Shown here: positions 9,027 to 19,319 of the stretch, piece by piece | How the letters are laid out: each line of letters starts with the position of its first letter | How positions within the stretch are numbered: the stretch's first letter is position 1 | NCBI GenBank assembly: GCA_035559235.1 | Contig: DATMBM010000016.1 | Location: 28,431-92,430, forward strand | From: Minisyncoccota bacterium | GTDB lineage: Bacteria > Patescibacteriota > Minisyncoccia > Phycocordibacterales > UBA2100 | Length of the DNA: 64,000 nucleotides | Direction of reading: 5' to 3' | The notes under the pieces: generated by a model | What the model saw: only the letters and a program-made list of their open reading frames with translations | Database searches by the model: none | Told to the model about the DNA's origin: nothing | Position numbers and translations under genes: made by a program

Positions 9027-9833
9027 TTATGGGACAATGCGGTACTTACTCCAGCGTTTCGCTCCTATTTTTTGCACCTTCCCTGCATTAGCCAGGTGCG
9101 CCAGTTCGCGCTGGATCATTTTCTCACTGTATTGAGGAAGGTTCGCCGCAATGTCTTTAATACCGAGGGTGCCGCCAAGTTTCAATATGTCCATTATTTG
9201 ATCCGAGCGGCCCGAGGACCCTTGCTCGCCCTGGGCTGTGTCTTTTTGCTCGTCGCGCGTCCTTTTTGGCGCACGCGTGCGCGATGGTTCACGGCTGCGC
9301 ACCGGCGTTGACTCATGTGCTGGCGGTACGAGATCGTCTCGCGAAATGGTGAGCTGCTCTGAGAGAACCGATTTTTGCGACGCGACGATCAACGAGCCTA
9401 GTTCGTCCAGCGCTTCGGTGATAGCGTGACCATTTTGCACGGAAATATACCCTGCGATTGCGAGCATGCGAACATGTGAGACCAGCTCTCGAATGACCGA
9501 GAGCGTTTCCCGACCTTTTTCGGATGCGGGAGAGCGAAACCCTGTCCGTAATTCAAGCAGCAAATCGAGCAAATGCAGCCCCGCTTTCCGAATCGATGTC
9601 CGTAATGGTTCTGACGTGGGCACGTGGTTCGTGATCAAGTGGAGCGCCGCGCTGATCCGCTCGGCGCGTCGATACGAGTTTTCTCCGCTTACGTTAGCAC
9701 CAAACGGATTTGTCCGTATTGAGTGACTGTCCAATATGTTGAGGACGTTCGATATGTCTTTTGCGTCTTTTACGTGTTCAATAGAGTTTGCAAGGGATGT
9801 CTTTGATAGTTCCTTTTCGTGTCCCTTTGGCAT
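9027..9833 (-). CDS. Helical-bundle protein with C-terminal DeoR-like winged HTH (268 aa)
   Basis: C-terminus IMDILKLGGTLGIKDIAANLPQYSEKMIQRELAHLANAGKVQKIGAKRWSKY; TATACT-6nt-ATG start. Confidence 0.8.
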   Translation of the reverse strand: MPKGHEKELSKTSLANSIEHVKDAKDISNVLNILDSHSIRTNPFGANVSGENSYRRAERISAALHLITNHVPTSEPLRTSIRKAGLHLLDLLLELRTGFRSPASEKGRETLSVIRELVSHVRMLAIAGYISVQNGHAITEALDELGSLIVASQKSVLSEQLTISRDDLVPPAHESTPVRSREPSRTRAPKRTRDEQKDTAQGEQGSSGRSDQIMDILKLGGTLGIKDIAANLPQYSEKMIQRELAHLANAGKVQKIGAKRWSKYRIVP

Positions 9834-9950
9834 GCGCGCAGTATAGCCCCTTACAGACACGGCGCAACTCGGAAACTGTGTGTACGGGAATGAATGGTTG
9901 CCAAAACTCCAAAATGGAGGCGCAATGAAGCGTGGTATCATGCTTGAACA

Positions 9951-12173
9951 ATGGCGAAAAAAAATGGCCGAAAAAACGGCAAGCGAAAGAACGGTGATTC
10001 CGAACCGCGCGAATTTCCCGTAAGTACGGAGGCGCTACGAGGCGTATCCGCCGTACTTGCGGTCGCTGTCGGATTATTTTTAGCGCTTGCCGCATTCAAT
10101 ATCGGAGGAGCTGCCGGCGCCTTTCTTTACGGGCATCTCTCAACGCTCCTCGGCATCGGCTACATGCTATTGCCGCTATCGCTCATACTTCTTGCGGCAG
10201 CGCTCATGCGCTCGTTTCAGAATCGATTTGGCGCTATCGAGATCGTGAGCGTCGTCGTGTTCTCGCTCTCCGCGCTCGGTCTCGTCAGTGTTATCTTCCC
10301 CGAACGCGGCGGCATCCTCGGCTCCCTGATCGTCTCTCCACTCGTCGCAGCGGTCGACACGGTTGCCACAGTCATCTTCCTGATCGCCTTTATCGTCGCG
10401 GCGCTCATCATTGCCTTTGACGTCCGCTTTGACGTTCTCTTTGGCGCCCTTCGTGCACGCATGCGTCCGAGTACCGAGACAGCCGAAGGCGATGTCTCGA
10501 TCGCCGGCCTACCTGAGGAAGACGAAGAGGCGGAAGATGAGATGCTTGAAGAGGAAGAGGTCCCGGATGCCGTTGAGGAACCGCAGAAGCCCGACCCGAC
10601 GCCGCGTTACGCAGATACCGGAGATGCGCAGGAAGGCGAATTCCCTATTATCGCCGCTTCCACTTCCGTGTACTCTCCGCCGCCGCTCTCTCTCCTCGGG
10701 AAAAACAAGGGCAAGCCTGAGGTGGGCGACGTGAAGGCAAACATGAACATTTTAAAGCGGACACTCCAAAATTTCGGCATACAGGTAGAAATGGACGAAG
10801 TGTCGATCGGGCCGACGGTCACCCGCTACGCGATGAAGCCCGCCGAAGGCGTGAGGCTCTCGAAAATTGTCGCGCTCCAATCAAACCTTGAACTCGCCCT
10901 CGCCGCGTCTCCCGTGCGTATTGAGGCGCCAATTCCCGGCAAATCGCTCGTCGGCATTGAGGTGCCGAATATCGCGCGGACAACACTCGGCCTGGCGCCA
11001 CTGTTTTCCGACTCGGGATTCACGCAATCCGACAAACCCCTTCTCATCGGCCTCGGTCGCTCGATCACCGGACAGGCGCATTTTGCGGATCTCGCGCGCA
11101 TGCCACACCTGTTGATCGCCGGCACGACCGGCAGCGGTAAATCGGTGTGCGTGCACGATATTATCGTCTCGCTCCTCTACCGCGCCGGCCCCGAGCGCCT
11201 TCGCTTCATCATGGTCGACCCGAAGCGAGTCGAGTTGACGCTCTACAACTCAATCCCCCACCTGTTAACGCCGGTCATCACCGACGCGAAGAAAGCAATT
11301 CTCGCACTCAAGTGGCTCGCGAGAGAAATGGAGCGGCGTTACAACGTCTTGGAAACCGAGCGCGTGCGCGACATCGCCTCGTATCACGAAAACGTTGTGG
11401 CGCCCGCACTCGAAAAAGCATCCGGCGGCGAGAGCGACAAACCGCTTCCGGAGGCCATGCCCTACATCGTCCTCATCATCGACGAATTGGCCGACATCAT
11501 GCAGGCGTATCCGCGTGAACTGGAAGCGGGGATCGTTCGGCTCGCGCAAATGAGCCGCGCCGTCGGCATCCACCTCATCCTCTCGACGCAGCGTCCGTCG
11601 GTGAAAGTCATTACCGGGCTCATCAAGGCGAACATCCCGGCGCGCATCGCCTTCCAGGTCGCCTCGCAGATCGATTCGCGCACGATCCTCGACGCGGGCG
11701 GCGCAGAAAAACTCCTCGGCGCGGGCGATATGCTCTTCCTCTCCAACGACATGTCGAAGCCGCGCCGCATCCAGGCACCGTTTATCAGCGAAGGTGAAGT
11801 GAAGCGGGTCGTCTCGTACATTGCAAAAAATAATGATGCGCCGCTCAGCGGGGTCGACTTCTCCGACGCCGCCGGCGCTTCGAGCGGGCCGAACGCGATC
11901 TTTTCGGCGATGGAAGACGAAGCGGATGACGACAAGTACGCGGAAGCGAAACGCGCGGTCGTGGAAGCCGGAAAAGCGTCGACCTCGTACTTGCAGCGAA
12001 AACTCGGGATCGGCTACTCGCGCGCCGCACGGCTCATGGACATGCTTGAGGAGCGCGGCGTCATCGGCCCGGGCGAAGGCTCCAAGCCGCGCGAAGTAAT
12101 CGGTGCCGGGAACGCCGATGAGCTGGTTGCCGCCGCTGAAGAGGAAGAGGATGAATTCAACGCGCGCGCGTGA
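9951..12173 (+). CDS. ftsK: DNA translocase FtsK/SpoIIIE
   Basis: N-terminal TM domain, PHLLIAGTTGSGKS Walker A, IIDELAD, gamma domain STSYLQRKLGIGYSRAARLMD. Confidence 0.97.
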   Translation: MAKKNGRKNGKRKNGDSEPREFPVSTEALRGVSAVLAVAVGLFLALAAFNIGGAAGAFLYGHLSTLLGIGYMLLPLSLILLAAALMRSFQNRFGAIEIVSVVVFSLSALGLVSVIFPERGGILGSLIVSPLVAAVDTVATVIFLIAFIVAALIIAFDVRFDVLFGALRARMRPSTETAEGDVSIAGLPEEDEEAEDEMLEEEEVPDAVEEPQKPDPTPRYADTGDAQEGEFPIIAASTSVYSPPPLSLLGKNKGKPEVGDVKANMNILKRTLQNFGIQVEMDEVSIGPTVTRYAMKPAEGVRLSKIVALQSNLELALAASPVRIEAPIPGKSLVGIEVPNIARTTLGLAPLFSDSGFTQSDKPLLIGLGRSITGQAHFADLARMPHLLIAGTTGSGKSVCVHDIIVSLLYRAGPERLRFIMVDPKRVELTLYNSIPHLLTPVITDAKKAILALKWLAREMERRYNVLETERVRDIASYHENVVAPALEKASGGESDKPLPEAMPYIVLIIDELADIMQAYPRELEAGIVRLAQMSRAVGIHLILSTQRPSVKVITGLIKANIPARIAFQVASQIDSRTILDAGGAEKLLGAGDMLFLSNDMSKPRRIQAPFISEGEVKRVVSYIAKNNDAPLSGVDFSDAAGASSGPNAIFSAMEDEADDDKYAEAKRAVVEAGKASTSYLQRKLGIGYSRAARLMDMLEERGVIGPGEGSKPREVIGAGNADELVAAAEEEEDEFNARA

Positions 12174-12559
12174 GTATGCTGCCGTATCGCGATTCAAAAC
12201 TCGTCCGAATTTCGCTCCTCGTCTTCTTCGCGTTCCTTATCGCGTATGCCCTCTACGAGGGCTGGGGCATGTTGTATGGCCCCTCCATTCGCATCCCCGA
12301 TGAAAGCATCCTCTCGCGTGAACCGTATGTCCTCGTCAAGGGCCGCGCCGAGCGGATCACCGAATTGCGTCTCAATGGAAAGACCATTCCGGTGACCGAA
12401 GACGGCGATTTCGCCGAGCCGCACCTCCTAGCGCCCGGGACGAACCATCTCATCCTCGAGGCGCGCGATGCCCGCGGCCGCACAACCCAGAAGGAACTCG
12501 ACGTCCTCTACATGCCGCTGGAGACTCCTTCCGCGACCACCACTGCGGAAGAGCCCTAA
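12170..12559 (+). CDS. Membrane-anchored Ig-like domain protein
   Basis: N-terminal TM then LNGKTIPV...GTNHLILEARDARG (glucodextranase_B/Ig-like); overlaps the ftsK stop. Confidence 0.75.
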   Translation: MSMLPYRDSKLVRISLLVFFAFLIAYALYEGWGMLYGPSIRIPDESILSREPYVLVKGRAERITELRLNGKTIPVTEDGDFAEPHLLAPGTNHLILEARDARGRTTQKELDVLYMPLETPSATTTAEEP

Positions 12560-12608
12560 ACACGGTATACTTCATCTTTAATTACCTTTAGCGCGCAATA
12601 CTCCGCCT

Positions 12609-13673
12609 ATGGCAAAAACGAAAGAAAAGGCCCCTCTGAAACAGACAGGAACCGGCAGCGACAAAGACATCGACCGAGCCCTCTCCGAGATAAAGACGAA
12701 ATTCGGCGACGAGGCGATCATGAAATTGGGTGAGACGCCGAAAGTCGACGTCAACGCAATCCCAACCGGCTCCATCGGCGTGGATTGGGCGCTCGGAATC
12801 GGCGGCATGCCGCGCGGGCGCATCATCGAGATCTACGGCCCGGAATCCTCCGGGAAGACGACGCTTGCGCTCCACACGGTCGCCGAAGCGCAAAAGCGCG
12901 GCGGTATTTGCGCATTCATCGATGCCGAACATGCGCTCGATCCCGAATACGCGAAGAAAATCGGCGTTGATATCAATTCCCTGCTCGTCTCGCAGCCGGA
13001 TACCGGCGAACAGGCGCTTGAGATCGTGGAGTCGTTGGTACGCAGCGGTAAAATCGATGTCATCGTCGTCGACTCGGTCGCTGCGCTTACGCCAAAAGAC
13101 GAAATCGAAGGCGACATGGGCGCGCAACATGTTGGCAAGCAGGCGCGCCTGATGTCGCAGGCGCTTCGCAAGCTCACCGCGATCGTCTCGAAGACAAAGA
13201 CCGTCATCATTTTCATCAATCAGATCCGCATGCAGATCGGCGTTATGTTCGGCAATCCCGAAACCACGCCGGGCGGCAAGGCGCTTAAATTTTACACATC
13301 GGTCCGCATCGATATCCGTCGCATCGCGCAGATCAAGAAGGGCGACGAGGTAATGGGCGGTAGGCACCGCGTGAAAATCGTCAAAAACAAGGTCGCGGCG
13401 CCGTTCCGTCAGACCGAATTCGACATGATGTACGGCGAGGGCATTTCGCGCGAAGGAGAAGCGCTCGCGCTCGGCGAAAAGCTCGGCGTCATCGAAAAAT
13501 CGTCGGGCGGATCGTACAAGTATGGTGAGACGGCGCTTGGCCGCGGGTATGACGCGGCGCGCACGTTTCTGCGCGAGAACAAGCCTGTCATCAACGACAT
13601 CCTCAAAGACATCAGGAAAAATCTCTCGAGCGGCAACGCGCCGCTTGCGAAAAGCGCGAGCAGCGACGAGTAA
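12609..13673 (+). CDS. recA: Recombinase RecA
   Basis: [31 protein letters not shown] motifs. Confidence 0.99.
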   Translation: MAKTKEKAPLKQTGTGSDKDIDRALSEIKTKFGDEAIMKLGETPKVDVNAIPTGSIGVDWALGIGGMPRGRIIEIYGPESSGKTTLALHTVAEAQKRGGICAFIDAEHALDPEYAKKIGVDINSLLVSQPDTGEQALEIVESLVRSGKIDVIVVDSVAALTPKDEIEGDMGAQHVGKQARLMSQALRKLTAIVSKTKTVIIFINQIRMQIGVMFGNPETTPGGKALKFYTSVRIDIRRIAQIKKGDEVMGGRHRVKIVKNKVAAPFRQTEFDMMYGEGISREGEALALGEKLGVIEKSSGGSYKYGETALGRGYDAARTFLRENKPVINDILKDIRKNLSSGNAPLAKSASSDE

Positions 13674-13714
13674 CGGGGTGGACAAACGGCGAATTCTGAA
13701 TAGAATACCGCCGT

Positions 13715-14281
13715 ATGCTTAACTACAACGAAGTAAAACCCGGCGTCGCGGTCATCGTCGAGGGCGAGCCGTACGTCTGCACGTGGAATAACATCATGCA
13801 GAAACAGCAGCGTCGTCCGGTCAACCAGACGAAGCTCCGCCATCTCATTCGCGGCAACGTCATCGAATACTCGTTCCAGCAGTCGGATAAATTAAACGAA
13901 GCGGAGATTGAAAAGAAGACGGCTGTCTTCGTCTTCCAGGACGCGCGCAAGGGCGAATGGGTCTTCCACGAGAAGGACGACAAATCGAAGCGGTTCTCGC
14001 TCACCGACGAGATAGTCGGCGACAGCGGGCATTTTTTGAAGCCGAATACGGAAGTTGAGACGCACGCGTTCGACGGCAAGATCTTTGCCGTAAAGCTCCC
14101 CATCAAGGTCGAGCTCAAGGTGAAAGAGGCGCCGCCCGATGTGCGCGGAAACACGGCGCAGGGAGGCTCTAAAATCGTGACATTGGAAACAGGCGCGCAG
14201 CTGACCGTGCCGATGTTTATCAAAGAGGGCGACGTACTGCGCATCAATACGGAAACTGGACAATACGTCGAGCGCGCGTAA
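13715..14281 (+). CDS. efp: Elongation factor P (non-canonical loop)
   Basis: C-terminal RGNTAQGGSK...LETG...VPMFIKEGDVLRINT...YVERA; tip loop reads QKQQRRP instead of KPGKG. Confidence 0.93.
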   Translation: MLNYNEVKPGVAVIVEGEPYVCTWNNIMQKQQRRPVNQTKLRHLIRGNVIEYSFQQSDKLNEAEIEKKTAVFVFQDARKGEWVFHEKDDKSKRFSLTDEIVGDSGHFLKPNTEVETHAFDGKIFAVKLPIKVELKVKEAPPDVRGNTAQGGSKIVTLETGAQLTVPMFIKEGDVLRINTETGQYVERA

Positions 14282-14292
14282 GCGCGAAATTC

Positions 14293-14319
14293 GGCGGAGC
14301 GGCTCCGAGCCGCTCCGCC
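14293..14319. terminator. Hairpin between convergent genes
   Basis: GGCGGAGCGGCTC-C-GAGCCGCTCCGCC inverted repeat. Confidence 0.65.
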
Positions 14320-14327
14320 TTGTGCGT

Positions 14328-14642
14328 TCATGCCGGCAGGACCGCCCGCATAAGAAGTAGCAGCGCGTTCAAGTAGCTATTCGTCACAAATGCGAAGACG
14401 AGGATGGTCAGGATGAGCGTAAGGAAGATGTTATCGAAGACGTTCACGATACGCCACGCAATGCTCATCACCCAGATAAATCCTCCGAGAATGGTCGCCG
14501 CGAGTATGGCAAGCCATACCTGGTCCCAAAAGGCAGCTTCCGTAAACAAATCACGGAATCGCTGGATGAGCTCTGCCCATCGCGTTGGCGCTTCGAAGAT
14601 TGCATCTCGAACTGCACGCAGAAAGTTCACGAGTTCGTTCAT
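14328..14642 (-). CDS. Hypothetical membrane protein (104 aa)
   Basis: AAGGAG SD; two hydrophobic helices. Confidence 0.7.
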   Translation of the reverse strand: MNELVNFLRAVRDAIFEAPTRWAELIQRFRDLFTEAAFWDQVWLAILAATILGGFIWVMSIAWRIVNVFDNIFLTLILTILVFAFVTNSYLNALLLLMRAVLPA

Positions 14643-14741
14643 CAGTCGTACTCCTTGTGTGCCGCACCGAAACCAAAAGATCGGCTACAGCACACACTAG
14701 GCCGTGAGCGTGACCGTGCGGTGAAGCCGTGCGGGCTTCGT

Positions 14742-14945
14742 TTATTTCTGGATATACGGTAGAAGCCCCATGTGGCGGGCGCGTTTGATCGCCTCTTCCA
14801 CCATGCGCTGCTGCTTTGCCGTGAGGCCGCTCTTGCGGCGATCGATTACACGACCGTGCGGGTTGATGAAATTCTTCAAGAGGTCGACGTCTTTGTAGTC
14901 GACGTGCTGGATATCGTTTTGCGTCAAAATGTTGTTCGTTGCCAT
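14742..14945 (-). CDS. rpsR: 30S ribosomal protein S18
   Basis: VDYKDVDLLKNFI...QQRMVEEAIKRARHMGLLPY. Confidence 0.96.
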   Translation of the reverse strand: MATNNILTQNDIQHVDYKDVDLLKNFINPHGRVIDRRKSGLTAKQQRMVEEAIKRARHMGLLPYIQK

Positions 14946-14955
14946 ACGTGTTTAT

Positions 14956-15396
14956 TTAGAATGGGATATCGTCAGGATTAATGTCGTCCTTCGGGTAGTC
15001 AATGCCGCCGGGGTTGCCGCCCCCTTGCTCTTGCGGCTCGTCTGCATCGCGCCGGCCACCTCCGCCGCCACCTGAGCGCGGGCCGAATTGCACGCGATCG
15101 GCGACGACTTCCGTGCGGTACATCTTCTGCCCTTCCTTTTCCCACGAGCGCGTCTGCAAGCGGCCTTCGACGAATACGCCGCTTCCCTTCTTCAGATACT
15201 GATTCACCGTATCCGCTTGGCGACCGAAGACGACGATGTTGTGGAAATCGGTCTGCTCCTGCTTCTTACCGTCGCGGTCGCGGAAGACGCGGTTCGTCGC
15301 GATCGAGAAGTTGACGACATTCATGCCGCTCGGCAGCGCGCGCAATTCAGGATCGCGCGTGAGGTTGCCGTAGAGAAGCACTTTGTTGAGGTACAT
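14956..15396 (-). CDS. ssb: Single-stranded DNA-binding protein
   Basis: NKVLLYGNLTRDPELR, VEGRLQTRSW, C-terminal DDIPF. Confidence 0.98.
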   Translation of the reverse strand: MYLNKVLLYGNLTRDPELRALPSGMNVVNFSIATNRVFRDRDGKKQEQTDFHNIVVFGRQADTVNQYLKKGSGVFVEGRLQTRSWEKEGQKMYRTEVVADRVQFGPRSGGGGGGRRDADEPQEQGGGNPGGIDYPKDDINPDDIPF

Positions 15397-15400
15397 ACGA

Positions 15401-15901
15401 TTACTCGGCGGTTAGCGTTTCGAGCGCCTTTTCGAGATCTTCCTCGGAGACCGCGTCTTTCTCGTCCGCTTCTGGCGCCTTGCGCGGAGAGCTCTTGATC
15501 GTATCGCTGCGCTTCACTTCGCGAAGCTGCGGCGCCTTGAACTTGGCCCGCGTGTCTTCGCGCACCGTCTTGAAGACGATTGAGCGAAGGATCGACGCAT
15601 GCCCTTTCAGGAAATCCGTAAGTACTTTCGCGCTTTCAGTTGAGCCCTCGAATTTGATCCAGCCGAAGTATGCGCGGTCATATTCCGCGTATTTCTCGCC
15701 GTCGCGTTTGTTCATCGCGTAGGCGAGCTTCATCAAAGACGGCGCCCCTTCGGCGATGAAGGATCCTCCCAGCTGCTCGATTTCGGCGCGGATTTCTGCG
15801 ACGACTTTCTCGACATCCCCTTCGGAGACGGTCGGCACGACGTGATAGCCCGCTTCATAAATGCGGGTGACGACTTCAGTGTCTGCTGCTTCTTTTGCCA
15901 T
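15401..15901 (-). CDS. rpsF: 30S ribosomal protein S6 (extended C-terminus)
   Basis: YEAGYHVVP...KLAYAM...AYFGWIKF...ILRSIVFK; first gene of rpsF-ssb-rpsR. Confidence 0.9.
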   Translation of the reverse strand: MAKEAADTEVVTRIYEAGYHVVPTVSEGDVEKVVAEIRAEIEQLGGSFIAEGAPSLMKLAYAMNKRDGEKYAEYDRAYFGWIKFEGSTESAKVLTDFLKGHASILRSIVFKTVREDTRAKFKAPQLREVKRSDTIKSSPRKAPEADEKDAVSEEDLEKALETLTAE

Positions 15902-15945
15902 GTCGGCGCACTGTATCACGAGCCCCCGAATATCGCAAGAAGTCC

Positions 15946-16776
15946 TTACTTTAAGCCGAAAAGTCGCGCTGCGTTCGCCAAAAGTTGCTCCCGAACCCCG
16001 TGTTCATCCTCCCCCCGGATGCGGGCAATCGCTCGTACAACCTCGATCACGTACGCCGGCTCGTTGCGTTTCCCCCGGTGCGGTACCGGTGTCACATACG
16101 GGGCGTCGGTTTCCGAAAGGAGCATGTCGAGCGGCGCATGTTTGACGATCTCGTCGTAGTCGTGCGTAAAGGTGAGGACGCCGGTAAATGAAAGTGTAAC
16201 ACCGAAATCGAGATACTTTTTCGCAGTATCCCATGAGCCCGCGAAAAAATGTGAATTCCCTTTTACTTTCGCGTGAGCTTTTAGGATATCGAGTGCGTCT
16301 TCGTACGCGTCATCAGAGCCTTGCGAGGCGCGGATGTGAAGCATGAGCGGCTTTTGCAGTGCGTTTGCAAGTTCGATCTGCTCAATGAACGCCTGTTCCT
16401 GAATTTTTTTCGAGTCGGCGTCGAGTCGATAGTAATCAAGTCCACACTCGCCGATTGCAATTACTTTTGGCGACGCCGCAAGCGCCCTATATTTTTCCAC
16501 GTCAAACACTTCACCGCGCGAGGTAAACGCCTTCCCGCCTTCGCCTAACTCTTTTTCGTCGTGGTACGACTTACCCGTATGAATCGGATGCAGTCCGATC
16601 GTCGCGTACACATCATCGTATTTTTCAGCTACTTCGACCGCGGATTTCGATGTATCGAATTGCGTGCCGACGATGTTCATCCCGACCCCAGCGTCGGCAG
16701 CGCGCCCGATAGCTGCGTCCATGTCGTCCTTGAATGCCGCAAAATTCACGTGCGTATGTGCGTCAAAAAAACGCAT
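15946..16776 (-). CDS. tatD: TatD family DNase/hydrolase
   Basis: FFDAHTH, IGLHP, AIGECGLDY, ETDAPY, RNEP. Confidence 0.95.
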   Translation of the reverse strand: MRFFDAHTHVNFAAFKDDMDAAIGRAADAGVGMNIVGTQFDTSKSAVEVAEKYDDVYATIGLHPIHTGKSYHDEKELGEGGKAFTSRGEVFDVEKYRALAASPKVIAIGECGLDYYRLDADSKKIQEQAFIEQIELANALQKPLMLHIRASQGSDDAYEDALDILKAHAKVKGNSHFFAGSWDTAKKYLDFGVTLSFTGVLTFTHDYDEIVKHAPLDMLLSETDAPYVTPVPHRGKRNEPAYVIEVVRAIARIRGEDEHGVREQLLANAARLFGLK

Positions 16777-16779
16777 ATG

Positions 16780-18231
16780 CTACTCTTTTCTCGGAAACAA
16801 ATTGACCGGCTTTTTGTTGGCAAGGATCGCCTGCTTTATCGCGTTACTGGTCGCCGGGATGATCGGCTGCAAGAGCCGCGCAATGACGTAGAGGCGCGCG
16901 GTCATTGCGGCGATCATCGCCTTCCCCTTTGCGGGATCTTCTTTGACGATGGCAAACGGCTTCGTGTCGGTGAGTTCCTTGTCGAGCTCCCCGATGAGCT
17001 TCCATACATAATCACACGCCGCGTTGTAGTCGTACCGATCAAACGCGCTTGTGTACACGGCCGGAAAATCCTCTGGCACCGGCTCCGGCTTTTCTATTGG
17101 TTTCTCCAGATGTGCCTCCGCGAGCGTGAGGAGCCGTGAGGCGAGGTTGCCGAGGCCGTTGGCAAGGTCGGCATTGTAGCTTTCCTTGAATTTCGCAAGC
17201 GTAAAATCGCTGTCTTCAAACGGATGAATGTGCCGCGCGAGAAAGAGCCGCAGCGCATCGACGCCATACTCATCGACGATCGCGTACGGATCTATCACAT
17301 TGCCGAGCGATTTCGACATCTTCTTGCCGCCGGACGTGATGAAGCCGTGGATGACGATTTGACGCGTCGAGGGGAGGTCCGCCGAAATAAGCATCGCCTG
17401 CCACATGGCCGCTTGCTGGCGGACATTGTCTTTGCCGGCCATCTGCAATGCCTTTGGCGACGGAATGATGCCCCAGAACCGCTCGAACTCGGGCTCGTTT
17501 TCCGGCCAGCCGAGCGTCGAGATGTAGTTGATGAGCGCATCGAACCAGACGTACATAACCTGCGTGTCGTCGTCCGGCACGGGCACCCCCCACGGCATTT
17601 TTGATTTGAGTCTCGAAATCGAAAAATCTTCCAGCCCCTGTGCGACGAACGCCTTTATCTCATTGAAGCGGAAATCCGGCACGACAAGATCCGGCCGACG
17701 CGCATACAAATCCAAGAGTGGAATCTGGTATTTCGAGAACCGGAAGAAATAGTTCTCTTCGTTGATAAGCTCGATATCAAGCGTCGGGTGCAAGGAACAG
17801 CGTCCGTTGACGAGTTCCGAATCGGTTTTTTCCAATTCGCAGCCGACGCAGTATTTCACCTGGTAGTTTTTCTTGTAGATATCTCCCGCCGCCATGCAGC
17901 GAAGCCAAAAATATTGCGCGGCACGCTTGTGGTGCTCATCGGTCGTGCGAATGAAATGGAGGTCGGGAAACAGGTTGAGCTTCTCTTTCAGGTTGCGGAA
18001 TTTTGCGGCGTATTCGTCGACGTAGGCCTGCGGGTCTTTCTTCTCTTCCTGCGCCTTGCGGTAGATCTTGATGCCATGTTCATCGGTACCGGTATTGAAA
18101 AAAACCTCGTCGCCAAGAAGCGCGCGATAGCGCGCGATGATATCGGCCTGAACGATCTCAAGCGCGAAGCCGATGTGCGGATCGGCATTCACGTACGGGA
18201 GCGTCGTCGTTATATAAAAGGGTTTTCCCAT
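16780..18231 (-). CDS. metG: Methionine--tRNA ligase (short form, no C-terminal tRNA-binding domain)
   Basis: FYITTTLPYVNADPHIGF, TGTDEHG, YVWFDAL, KMSKSLGN. Confidence 0.97.
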   Translation of the reverse strand: MGKPFYITTTLPYVNADPHIGFALEIVQADIIARYRALLGDEVFFNTGTDEHGIKIYRKAQEEKKDPQAYVDEYAAKFRNLKEKLNLFPDLHFIRTTDEHHKRAAQYFWLRCMAAGDIYKKNYQVKYCVGCELEKTDSELVNGRCSLHPTLDIELINEENYFFRFSKYQIPLLDLYARRPDLVVPDFRFNEIKAFVAQGLEDFSISRLKSKMPWGVPVPDDDTQVMYVWFDALINYISTLGWPENEPEFERFWGIIPSPKALQMAGKDNVRQQAAMWQAMLISADLPSTRQIVIHGFITSGGKKMSKSLGNVIDPYAIVDEYGVDALRLFLARHIHPFEDSDFTLAKFKESYNADLANGLGNLASRLLTLAEAHLEKPIEKPEPVPEDFPAVYTSAFDRYDYNAACDYVWKLIGELDKELTDTKPFAIVKEDPAKGKAMIAAMTARLYVIARLLQPIIPATSNAIKQAILANKKPVNLFPRKE

Positions 18232-18250
18232 GTTGTGCACCCTATCGCCT

Positions 18251-19303
18251 TTATGCATCACTCGCAAACGTCCGTTGCTCGCTCAAATCGCGGATGAGTT
18301 CCTGCAAGGTCGCGGCGACGGGAACGGAAAGGAGGATGCCCAAGAAGCCCGCCAGCTGCGCGCCGATAATGAGCCCCAAAATGACAAGGAGCGGCGGCAC
18401 GCCGACGACCTTCGTCACGACAAGCGGATAGATGAGGTGGTTTTCAAACTGCTGCAGGATGATATAGACGCCGATGACGACAAGTCCGAGGATGAGACCC
18501 CCGTCGGCAAATGCGATGAGAACGGCGGGCACAGCCGCGAGGGTCGGGCCGAACACGGGGATCAATTCGAAAAACGCGGCAAGCACGGCGAGAAGGAGCG
18601 CGTGCTTGATGCCGAGGATCGAGAGCGCGAGATAGACGAGAATGCCGATGATGACCCCGAGAAGCACTTGCCCCTGCATCCACAGGCCGATTTTCCGCTT
18701 CGAGCGCTCCCACAAATCCAGGACGTAGGCGCGGTACCGTTGCGGCGTGACCACGCGCAGGAAATCGTCGACGCCGGTCTCAGACATCGTGAAATAGAAC
18801 GAAAGGACGAGTATGAGGATGAACGAGAAGACGCCGCCGAAGAGCGTTGCGGCCGCGCCGGCGGCGCTTCCAAACGCGCCGCTCACCCGTAAGCTGTCGC
18901 GTGCCTGCGCGATCAAATCAGCCGGAGAGATGTTCGTCGGTGACGGCAGGCCGAGAATGTCGGCGTATTCGTTGTACGCGCCGAGCCGGTTGAGGAGATC
19001 GAGGTAACTTGGAAGCGCAGAAATGAAGCCCGTGAGTTCGTTCAAGACCGACGGCACGAAGACGTAAAAGAGGCCGCCGATGGAACTGAGCACGATGACG
19101 TAGAGAAGAATAACCGCAAGGATGCGTGGCATCCGCCAGCGCATAAAGGCACGCACCGCCGGATCCATCGCGGAGGCGATTACGACCGCCGTAAGCACGA
19201 TCAACACCAAATCGCGCAGGTACCAGACGAGCCACGCGCCCGCGAGGACGACCAGAGTCTTTACGATCGTGCCCGTCGTAATGGAGAATGTCTGCTCAGG
19301 CAT
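18251..19303 (-). CDS. AI-2E (PerM) family transporter
   Basis: Multi-TM; ELIPVFGP, QQFENHLIYP, GFLGILLSVPVAA motifs. Confidence 0.92.
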   Translation of the reverse strand: MPEQTFSITTGTIVKTLVVLAGAWLVWYLRDLVLIVLTAVVIASAMDPAVRAFMRWRMPRILAVILLYVIVLSSIGGLFYVFVPSVLNELTGFISALPSYLDLLNRLGAYNEYADILGLPSPTNISPADLIAQARDSLRVSGAFGSAAGAAATLFGGVFSFILILVLSFYFTMSETGVDDFLRVVTPQRYRAYVLDLWERSKRKIGLWMQGQVLLGVIIGILVYLALSILGIKHALLLAVLAAFFELIPVFGPTLAAVPAVLIAFADGGLILGLVVIGVYIILQQFENHLIYPLVVTKVVGVPPLLVILGLIIGAQLAGFLGILLSVPVAATLQELIRDLSEQRTFASDA

Positions 19304-19319
19304 ACTCCTATCGTATCAT

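Noticed and set aside
11265-13685. Long antisense ORFs opposite ftsK and recA (similar ones at 35591-36622 and 61974-62741)
   Set aside because: Shadow frames expected from GC-rich codon usage of clearly identified genes
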